Shown here: piece by piece, positions 26,349 through 35,800 of the stretch
Layout: the number at the start of each line of letters is the position of its first letter
How positions within the stretch are numbered: the stretch's first letter is position 1
From: Gordius albopunctatus
Lineage: Eukaryota
DNA: 64,000 nt
Assembly (NCBI GenBank): GCA_964276515.1
Contig: OZ193910.1
Span: 124,001 to 188,000, forward strand
Direction of reading: 5' to 3'
The notes under the pieces: generated by a model
Database searches by the model: none
Seen by the model: only the letters and a program-made list of their open reading frames with translations
What the model was told of the DNA's origin: nothing
Position numbers and translations under genes: made by a program

Positions 26349-29300
26349 ATGGCGCAGGTCAAAATAGAAGAATTCTCCGACCTAATGGAAATAGAGGACT
26401 GGATAATGGTACTAGAAAGTGCCATGGATATCAAAGGAGTTACGCTTGCGAACAAAAAAAAATATCTCATCACATTCCTTGGACTTCCGAATTTGAAAAG
26501 GTTAAAATATAAAATTTACCCTAAAAAAATAGAGGATAGCACTTATGAAGATTTAAAAAAAGAATTACTTTTGTTATTTGGAAGTAAAAACTCGATTTTT
26601 TTTTATAGATTACAATTCTTAAGGGCTAGGAGGAAAAATGAGTCAGTTGAAGATTTCTCACAAAAATTAAAGTCCTTGGTTATCTTGTGTGAGTATAAGG
26701 AAGAAGATGAGATGTTAAGGGATGGGTTTTTGTTAGGGTTAAATAATAGTAGATTAGAAAATGAAATAAGAATAAGATTTCCTGATGGTAAAGATGGAAA
26801 TGAAAAGTTAAAATTTAAAACTGTATTTGAATTGGCACTTAGCTTTGAGAGAGCCTCAAATGAAGTGGTAGATAAAGATAGAGATATAACACATGAAGAA
26901 ATTAATAAAATTACAAAAGTTCATGATAATAATAAAAACAACTATGCTGACCTAGTATGCTTTAATTGCAAAAAGAAAGGCCATTTAGCTAGATTTTGTT
27001 ATTTTAATAAAAATAATAATCATTATCAATTCAAAAAGTATAATAATAATATTAATTGTGTTAAGGTGTATAAAACTAATAAAGCATTGGTTAAAGTGGT
27101 ATTAAATGATAAAAATTATAATTTCGAGTTTGACACTGCAGCTCAGGCTACTGTCATAGATAAGCAGACTTGGATGGAAATTGGTAAACCTGAGTTAAGG
27201 AATTGCCCAAGTATATTGAGTTATGGGAACTTTAGGGTCAAAACTTTGGGCAAGTGTTTAGCAAAAGCTCAAATTAACAATAAATGGTTAGAAATTCCTT
27301 TGTTAGTAGTTAATGAAGGGGATTTAATATTGGGATTACCAGAAATTTTAGAATTTGGATTTGAATTACCTAAAAACATTGTAATTAGACAGCTTAAATT
27401 AGAAAATTTGATCGAGCAGTTTCCTAAAGTGTTTTCAGAGAAATTAGGTGAAGTTAACAATTTTATGGTAAATTTGCATTTAAAAACCCCCTATAAGCCT
27501 ATAAGTTTGCCACCAAGAAGGGTACCTTTTCCGATGAGGGAGGCCATCGAATCTGAGATTAAAAGACTTTTGGAAGAGCAAGTAATAGAAAAAGTCGAAC
27601 TTAACACTGAAATTCCATGGTGTACCCCTACTGTCAATCGATTTAAGAAAAACAAATCCATTAGAATATGCGGGGACTTTAAGGCCACGTTAAATGATTA
27701 CCTATGCGATATTGGGGATACCCTGCCTACCTTTGAGGATGTAACATCCAAGCTCCTCGGGGGCGATAAATTCACATGTATCGATTTGCGAGACGCTTTC
27801 TTACAATTAAGAATGTCTGAGCAAAGCGCAAAACTACTTACCATTTCTACACACGTAGGATTATTCCGTTATCGTAGGCTGCCATTCGGAATAAAGGTGG
27901 CTCCATTGATTTTTCAAAGGTATATCACTAATCTGTTAGCTGGAATTCCAAATACAGCGGTATTTATTGATGATATTATCATTACGGGACTTAATGATGA
28001 ACAACATATTTCAAATATTAAAGAAGTATTAAAACGGTTTGGAGAGGTAGGAATTACCACAACACCAGACAAAATAAAATATCTGCAAGACTGGGTTGTT
28101 TATTTGGGCCACAAGATTAGTTCTAAAGGTATTCAACCTACGGAGGAAAAAATTTTAGCTTTAAGGAATTGTAAAAGACCCACAAATAAATCTGAACTTA
28201 AAGGATTTTTAGGACTATTAACATATTTAGGCAAATTTATACCTATGTTACAACCACAATGTGTACCATTACACAACCTTTTAAAAAAAGAGGCCAAATG
28301 GGAATGGGGGAAAGAGGAAGAAGATTGTTTTGACAAATTGAAAAACTTAATATCTAGTGAAGATACCGTTGTTCCATATTCGTTACGGAAGCCGTTAGTT
28401 CTGTATACGGACGCTTGTGAAGCAGGATTGGGAGCGGTGTTAATGCACGTGGAGTCGGATGGACAAGAAAGGCCTATTGCCTATACATCAAGGGTTTTAA
28501 GTCAAGCAGAAAAGGGATATTCCACTATTGACAAGGAAGCTCTGGGTATTATTTACGCTGTCAATAAATTTCACCAATACATTTATGGGAGAACATTCAC
28601 ATTAAAAACAGATCATCGACCGTTACAATACATTTTTGGTCGAGAGGGACACCATTATAATTGCAACTTACGATTACAAAGATGGAATACTAAATTAATG
28701 GCTTATGACTTTAAAATTGAGTATATTTCTGGAAAGACTAATCAAATCGCAGATACATTATCTCGACTACCTACCTTTGCAGAGAGTAATGAAGACATCC
28801 ATATAAACATGATTGAAGATTTAAAGTTTTCCAGAAAAACGTTAGTGGAAGAAACAAGGAAAGATAGAAGGTTGAATGATGTTAGTGATTTGATTCGCTG
28901 TAATTGGAGCAAACCTATCAACGATGCAACCATTCGAAGATCATTTTATCCGAAGAAAGATGAGTTATCTATTGAAAACGAATTAATATATTGGCAAAAT
29001 CGGTTAATAGTTCCAGGGAAGTTGAACATGGTGGTGTTAGAAAATTTACATACCGGACACCCGGGAATATCTGGAATGATTGATTTAGCAAAATTTTATT
29101 GTTGGTGGCCTAAAATCAATGATGACATTGAAATTTTTGTCCAAAGATGTAAAGGTTGTCAAGAAAATCGATCTAATATGTTAGAATCTCCCTTATATCA
29201 ATGGCCTACAACAGAAGAACCAATGGATCGCGTCCACATTGATTTGGCAGGACCCATAAACGGCAAATATTGGTTGGTTTTAGTTGATGGTTATTCAAAA

Positions 29301-30047
29301 TGGCCAGAAGTAAAAATCATAAATTCCTTACACTCTACCGGAATTATCAAGGCGTTGCGCGAATGGTTTGCTCGATTGGGACTACCAAGAGTTTTAGTAA
29401 GCGATAACGGTAGTCAATTCTTGGGAGAGGAATTCGCAATATTTATAAAAGCTAATGGTATTAGACATATTCGGACATCTCCATATCACCCAAAATCTAA
29501 CGGATTGTGTGAAAGATTTATTCGGACACTAAAATCACGGTTTTACGCAGCCGCTAGGTATAATCAAGACGATGATAAACTTTTGGCTCAGGTACTCATG
29601 GCTTACAGATTGACACCTCATAATACTACAAGTGTAGCTCCTTGTGAATTAATGTTTAAAAGAAGAATCCGATCTTCTTTTGACCAACTGCGACGTTCGA
29701 TCAAGGAAACGACTATCGACAATGTTTGGAAACAAAAGTACTATCATGATAGGAAGGTTTCCGACCGTAATTTTCAGGAAGGGGATAAAGTATGGGTAAA
29801 AAATGAAAAAGAAAAGGGTTGGCACGAGGGAATAATTGAACGTAAGAAGAATGATTGGTCCTACGATGTTTGGGCCGAAGGACGGATTAAGCGTAAACAC
29901 ACAGATCACTTACGGAAAGCCATAGACAACCTAAAGGAATCAATAGGGGCCGAGGAAGAGGAACCAATTGCAGGATTTAAACAAGACAATGTGCCGAGAC
30001 CCCAACGACGTAGACAACCACCAAAAAGATTCGACGATGAATATTAA
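26349..30047 (+). CDS. Gag-Pol polyprotein (Gag with CCHC knuckle, aspartic protease, RT, RNase H, integrase), 1232 aa
   Basis: CFNCKKKGHLARFC, FDTAA protease, IRICGDFK/IDLRDAFLQ/LPFG/FIDD RT, YTDAC..DKEAL..TDH RNase H, H..HPG..CKGC plus VHID/SDNG/CERF integrase. The order PR-RT-RH-IN indicates Gypsy. Confidence 0.97.
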   Translation: MAQVKIEEFSDLMEIEDWIMVLESAMDIKGVTLANKKKYLITFLGLPNLKRLKYKIYPKKIEDSTYEDLKKELLLLFGSKNSIFFYRLQFLRARRKNESVEDFSQKLKSLVILCEYKEEDEMLRDGFLLGLNNSRLENEIRIRFPDGKDGNEKLKFKTVFELALSFERASNEVVDKDRDITHEEINKITKVHDNNKNNYADLVCFNCKKKGHLARFCYFNKNNNHYQFKKYNNNINCVKVYKTNKALVKVVLNDKNYNFEFDTAAQATVIDKQTWMEIGKPELRNCPSILSYGNFRVKTLGKCLAKAQINNKWLEIPLLVVNEGDLILGLPEILEFGFELPKNIVIRQLKLENLIEQFPKVFSEKLGEVNNFMVNLHLKTPYKPISLPPRRVPFPMREAIESEIKRLLEEQVIEKVELNTEIPWCTPTVNRFKKNKSIRICGDFKATLNDYLCDIGDTLPTFEDVTSKLLGGDKFTCIDLRDAFLQLRMSEQSAKLLTISTHVGLFRYRRLPFGIKVAPLIFQRYITNLLAGIPNTAVFIDDIIITGLNDEQHISNIKEVLKRFGEVGITTTPDKIKYLQDWVVYLGHKISSKGIQPTEEKILALRNCKRPTNKSELKGFLGLLTYLGKFIPMLQPQCVPLHNLLKKEAKWEWGKEEEDCFDKLKNLISSEDTVVPYSLRKPLVLYTDACEAGLGAVLMHVESDGQERPIAYTSRVLSQAEKGYSTIDKEALGIIYAVNKFHQYIYGRTFTLKTDHRPLQYIFGREGHHYNCNLRLQRWNTKLMAYDFKIEYISGKTNQIADTLSRLPTFAESNEDIHINMIEDLKFSRKTLVEETRKDRRLNDVSDLIRCNWSKPINDATIRRSFYPKKDELSIENELIYWQNRLIVPGKLNMVVLENLHTGHPGISGMIDLAKFYCWWPKINDDIEIFVQRCKGCQENRSNMLESPLYQWPTTEEPMDRVHIDLAGPINGKYWLVLVDGYSKWPEVKIINSLHSTGIIKALREWFARLGLPRVLVSDNGSQFLGEEFAIFIKANGIRHIRTSPYHPKSNGLCERFIRTLKSRFYAAARYNQDDDKLLAQVLMAYRLTPHNTTSVAPCELMFKRRIRSSFDQLRRSIKETTIDNVWKQKYYHDRKVSDRNFQEGDKVWVKNEKEKGWHEGIIERKKNDWSYDVWAEGRIKRKHTDHLRKAIDNLKESIGAEEEEPIAGFKQDNVPRPQRRRQPPKRFDDEY

Positions 30048-30063
30048 TCTTATGGGGGAGTAT

Positions 30064-30153
30064 TGTAATATAGTGTTATGGATGATATTGTATTCCTAGT
30101 ATATATATATAATTGTTGTTGTGATTTTACATGTGTTATCAATAAATACTATA
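30064..30153 (+). repeat. 3' LTR (90 bp)
   Basis: Identical to the 5' LTR; preceded by the PPT and followed by TSD GGTTC. Confidence 0.95.
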
Positions 30154-31504
30154 GGTTCCTAAGTTTCGCAAATAATAGATGCTACCCAAAGATAAAAGAA
30201 GTTAGGTAAAAACTATGATTAAAGATTTTCTAAATAAATCAATGCAATATGATTCTGGCTCCGCTCGCATTAATCATCCACCTATATGCAATCCAGTTGA
30301 GGTGTGCATCTTAAGGAAATCATATTTACGTGAGGAACCTTTTGAAACTGATATGGATGCTATTACAATTTAAATTTATAATGTCACAAAAAAGATTAAA
30401 GAGTCTGACGAAGTTGACGCCTATCTCATATAAAATTTAGAACCATAGGATGTTGAGGTAGAAGAGATTTTAGGCCTCGCCTAGCCAATTCAACAGAGCT
30501 ATTAAACTTTTGTGAATTCAGCGCCACGAGTCGGGCACCTTCCTCAAGGCAATTCGTCTTATAAAAGAGAGAAGGACTCCTTAAACGACAATAAATTATA
30601 ATTTTTTATTTACACCTATTTTGTATGCTCTAGGTTATAAATTTATTAACAATGCAGAATTTTTTTTACAGAAATAATTTTTAAATAAGGTCGACTTGTT
30701 TTTACTAGTGCGGGCCGGATGCGGCGCAACTTTTGGGTTTTCTCTACAAGCTGAATGCGGGCGAAAAAATATATTTGTGAGGGTATGGACCGGACCTGAA
30801 CCTAATAAATTGGTGTATGCAGGTCTCTAGATCATAAAAATGCTCATTTGATATCGATTTCTTAAAAAATGCAGATTCAATAAGCATCGATTAAATGTAG
30901 TTGAAAAAGCATTTGATAAATATAATAGTTTGTTTCAAAAGTGATAGAATTAAACACTAAATAGAGCTAGTGGTACTAACAATATGAATAATTATTGTAA
31001 AAATATTTTATTAGCTAAGATAGACGTCATTCACAAATAAATAAGCGAGGAATTTTTAATTTCTTTGATTAAGCCTAATTAAAAACCTGTTATATAAGCA
31101 AAATTTTGTGCTTTATACAAATAAGAATGCTGATCTTTTGAGAAACAATGTTTTTTAAAAATAATAAATCAAGTAGTTTATTGAGAAGCTTAGAAAATGT
31201 ATAAATTTTTTGTTAAATAAAGGGTTTGTATAGCATAATTTTTTAAATTATTATAGCCCATCAAACCCTAGCCCTCCTTCTTGTATTTATTTTAGTATAC
31301 TCATCTATAAATTTTAAACTTGGATGATTAAATCACATTAATTTGATTGACAACACACAGGTAAATACGGTATCCCCGGAGCCACTTCGCACTCCTATTA
31401 CCTCTCTACATTGCTCATCAAAAGATGTAGAGGATTTCTACTTTATTAATATATAAACCAAATATAATAATCTCTATCGTTAAACATTAGTTTATGGGGG
31501 AAGG

Positions 31505-31655
31505 GGGGTGTTTTGCCGCCCCCCCCCTTATTTTTACTCTCTTTCTCACCAGAGGGGCCCCCATTTTTTACCCTCTTTCTCACCAGAGGGGCGGGGCCAT
31601 TCCCTCTGGTGAGAAAGAGGGTAAAAATAAGGGGGGGGGAGGGTGGGGCAAACCA
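31505..31655. repeat. GC-rich palindromic MITE-like element
   Basis: CCCCCCCTTATTTTTACTCTCTTTCTCACCAGAGGG (the core occurs twice) pairs with CCCTCTGGTGAGAAAGAGGGTAAAAATAAGGGGGGG. Confidence 0.6.
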
Positions 31656-32089
31656 ACGGGACAAATAAAGGGAGGGGGCAAAGTTCTTTATAATATATTT
31701 TAATTTTTATCACCATTTTTGGATTAATATATAGTTGAAAAATATTGATTAGCATTATATGTCAGCTGCCAACTCTAATAGTAAGCTATAATAAAATCTG
31801 CTGAAAACTGTAGAGGATCTTAACTTATTTAAAAAAATTATATGTCAATTAAAATATTAATTATAAAATATAAGCGCAAAATAAATTAATATCACAAATT
31901 ATGAATTTATATTACTGAGTATTTTAGCAAAAATACTCATCATTTTTTAATTTAAAGTAAAGCTCAGCATTTTAAAGTTAATTTACTGAGCAATTTTGAA
32001 TTTTTAACTGGGCACTCTAATAAAATACTGAGCACATTTTACTGAGAATTTCTTAATTTATTACTGAGCATTTAAATAACATCCTTTTT

Positions 32090-32787
32090 GATTTATATCA
32101 ATTAATATTAATTTATTCCTGTAGATTAAAATTTCATCTATACGTCCATTATTTTATTTTTTAAATCCCTCTTGTGTTTAAATTAATTTGCGCTTACTTA
32201 AGCCCCTTCCCAATATCGAAATTCGTCCCCCTATGTCTGGAAAAAGAAGTACATTAGAGTACATATATCGATGTTTACTAACACATCAATCTCTCCCTTT
32301 CTGCATCTCTTGACTTCCGTCTCTATATCTATCCAAGCATATATGAAGGGGGCGGGACTGGAGGAGAAAGATAGGAGAGTAGATAAATGGAGAGAGATAT
32401 GTGTTTGTAAACATCGCGTACGCAGTATGAAATCTAATGAACTCCGTTTTCCAGACAAAGTGGGACGAATTTTGATAATGGGAAGTGGTTTACGTAAACG
32501 TGTATAAATTTAATTATAAGGGTGAAAGAAAGATAAAATAATGGACGTATAGAGGAAATTTTAATTTACAGGAATAAATTAATATTTTTTGGTATAAATT
32601 AAAAATTTTGGGGCAATTGAGCCTCAAAAAAGGGTAAAATGGATAATTTTCGCACCTTCAACCTCGCTTATCTAAAAACGGAAAGTTTTGGAAAAAAATA
32701 AAAACATATCATTATTCAGCGCAAATTTTTCTATCAAATTAAATGGTCTGATAGCGAGATGAAATCATAAAGTAAATTTGTAGAGCT
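32090..32787. mobile_element. Foldback/MITE element with a long internal inverted repeat; related copies at 44673-44950 and 56467-57450
   Basis: 32095-32160 is the imperfect reverse complement of 32530-32600, and 32235-32310 of 32360-32455. Terminus ATTTGTAGAGCTG resembles CAGGTCTACAAAT at 44673 and 56467. Confidence 0.7.
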
Positions 32788-32861
32788 GTTATATTTGACT
32801 ATTAATATGTAAGATAATGCACGGCAAGTGAGCGCAGACGATTTAATCATCTGGGTTTAAA

Positions 32862-35800
32862 ATGGGCGATATGTTGTATGATTTAGGCGTTGATGATGAG
32901 ACACAACTAAGCATTATGCTCACAATTAATCGCTTTCTATCTTCGGATGAATCAAAACGTAAACATAATTATATACATATTATATTTTAACAGTGAGTTT
33001 TCCTACGTCTTTAATTAGTAAAGAAAGAAGATTAGTCCACAAACTTTGTGAACATTTTGGTTTGACAACTAAAACCTTGGGGTATACTTTAGGCTCGTAT
33101 TTTTTCTATTTGTTTTGTAGAAAAGGTTCTGGCCGTTTTATTTTATGTGTCAAGGATGAAAGTTTATTAAAAATTGATGAGCCTAATTCATTTACCCTAT
33201 CTCCTCATACTATTCAACAATTGTTACAATTTTGTCTAAGTTACCCATTAAATCACAAAGAAAGATTAGAATTGCTAGTACGGACAGAAAAATTTGGAAA
33301 TCCTCCACCAGATGGTAATTTTTTTAAATCTTTATGTTGAGTATTTTGAATCAGAAGTGGATAAGAACAAAGCTGTTGGAAGAATAAATATAGGATTGGC
33401 CTTAGTTCCAACTTGTTTTCAATTTAATCATATGAAAGATCCAATTAGCTTGTCCAAATTAGATATAATTAATTCAATAGATACTTATCAAATTACATTC
33501 ATATCGGGAGACAATGGAGTTGGGAAATCAACTCAGGTAACTTTTGCTAGATTTATCACAAAATTAATTTATATTGAAAATATTTTTATGATTATATTTT
33601 TGTTTGATAATGTTCCAGGTGCCAAAATATATTCTTGAATTTGCTCAATCTCAGAAAAAAGCTGTTAGATTGATTTTTATACAAAATAGTCGATTATTAG
33701 CAGTAGCCATGGCAGAAAATTTAGCTTCACAATTGGCTGAAAAAGTTGGTCAAACTGTAGGCTATCAAATAAGGCTTGAAAGCAGGTGAATTAATTTATA
33801 ATGTAAAGTATATAACATATATTATGTGTACCTATGATAGTACATAAAGGGAAAAATGAATAATATTTAGTACATTTATCTAGTTAATAAGGCAAAAATT
33901 TGAACAATTATAAATGAATTACCTATAAAACTAAGTTAATGGCTAAAAGTTTTTATTACTAATACTATACTTTTAGTTAAGTTAAAAAATATTCTTTATT
34001 ATGTATATATAAGAAAACTAATGATGGCATTGCAGCTTAAAAAATATATTAGATATTCTCTAAATATAACCTTAAGCCTATATACTTACCTTTATTTATA
34101 TGTTATTTTATTCTCAAATTATTATGCATTGTATATTATTGTCATCGCCATTAAATGTGTATGTTTTAGAGTTTCACCAACTACAGTTCTTACGTTCTGC
34201 ACTCCATGGGTATTCTTACGTAATTTAATAAGTATGGATCCCGACATTTCTCGCATTACACACATCATTATCGTGAGTAGCATATACAGCGCTTTCCTAA
34301 CCCCCCCCCCCCCCCCCCTTAATTGGGATGCTCATAATAAATTGCTTAAAATCATCACACTTTAGTACAAATATTTCTCATACAATACAAGGTTATTTTA
34401 GAAGGTGAGTAGTTTGGATTAAACGTCACGTTAATTATTTACAGGGTTTTTGGGATGGCTGAAAATATAAACTTTGCGACTATCTAAGTACTTGTGTCAT
34501 CCATTAGGCTAATTTTAAGGGGATTTCATCACTTTTTATAATATCATTGATTGATTGGGGGGGGGGATCTCGTGAGGGAATGCAACAATTCTTTCTACAC
34601 TACTACTACTACACAGGATGACGTGGATTGCAGGGTCAAAGCTGTCGATTTAATCCTGGTCTACTTGAAGCTCTCCATCTTACCCAAAAACAAGGCAATG
34701 AAATTAATTCTCCTCTCCTCCCCACAACCCTACACCCAACAGTTATTTCAAAAATACTTTGCCCCTTTCAGTACAACCCAGCTCTTGAACGGTAGTAATT
34801 ACGTTATTTCATAAATATCATGGCAAAACTACACTATACTGTATTATTATTTTATATTATATGCATTTCATAGTGGGTGGCAAACAGATGGAGTGCAAAA
34901 GAGTTACAGAAATGTTTTTGGGTCAAACCTTACAATAGTAATTTATTTATTCATTCGATGTATGTATAGTATATCAAACACTTGTGAATATTATCTCGTG
35001 TTATTTCACTAGTGTGGGGTTGTTAAACGATGAAATGCTGACTTTCACGAAGGCCATACCTACGCGTAATGCTCTTATCATCAGCACCACTTTATTTGCG
35101 CTAAATATATAATATAGCCACTTTCATATACGAAGTGTATATATGTAATGATGATGAATGTGACAAGTGTTGTTTTCTTATTCATAGGAGCTCTGACATT
35201 GCAGAAGTTGCGGGAAATTCTCTCCTTTCCCCACCAATCCAGCGCCCATCGCCGAGATAGGCGAGACAAGTTGAAGGATACCCCCGCTCTCGCGGCTCTC
35301 CTCACCTTTTTCACCACTCATTACAGAAATGCCGGAGAATTTAAGGAAAAATTGGACAAATTCCTCCTCACGGTACCTGCCTTAATAGTTATTATTATTT
35401 TGATACGCGCTCGGCAAGTTTGCATCGAATGAAAGTGTAACGTGCGTATTGCTATTATGTTGTATATGGTAGAGGGATAGCAGTATAAGTCAAAATTCTT
35501 CGACTCAAGTGTCGCCATCGAGCGGAGGCGATAATATCATCCACCACAATAAATCCACCTTATTCTTCACGTACGGTAGCAGCGGAGGGGCTGATGACCA
35601 CTCTCGGCGGGGTAGTATTCAATACCCGTATCACAACATGCACCCCCTGTTACCGGGCCTCCTGGATGCGGCTATGGAGGAAGCCTGGTATTTCGAATGG
35701 TCCTTCAACGCCGCCAACCCAACTGGCCCCACCTCAGCCTCTTCCCCTCCTCCCATCGGCACACCCAGGAGTTGCGTGGATGAGTGCACCAATGTAATCA

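Larger units (their letters stand above)
26258..30153 (+). mobile_element. Full-length Ty3/Gypsy LTR retrotransposon (Mag-like), 3,896 bp
   Basis: Identical 90-bp LTRs (26258-26347, 30064-30153), 5-bp TSD GGTTC (26253-26257, 30154-30158), PBS TGGCGCAG at 26350, PPT GGGGGAG ending at 30060, and an intact gag-pol ORF. Confidence 0.97.
26031..30829 (+). mobile_element. Decayed hAT-type DNA transposon that hosts the Gypsy insertion; left end uncertain
   Basis: Right TIR TGCAGGTCTCTA (30818-30829) matches the TAGAG..CTGC TIR family seen elsewhere in the window. GGCCCG/GCGGGCC subterminal motifs occur at both ends. Frameshifted hAT dimerization-like remnant AIKLL*I..ATS...FLKAIRLIKERRT..NDNKL at ~30500-30600. 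Confidence 0.45.

Noticed and set aside
26760..27960. Protease FDTAA and RT FIDD as signs of inactivation
   Set aside because: The catalytic aspartates are retained and such variants occur in Gypsy elements; identical LTRs and an intact ORF indicate recent function.
31915..32070. Repeated TACTGAG(C/T)A units with spacers, superficially CRISPR-like
   Set aside because: The units are ~9 bp with irregular spacing, the context is eukaryotic and there are no cas genes; probably transposon subterminal repeats.
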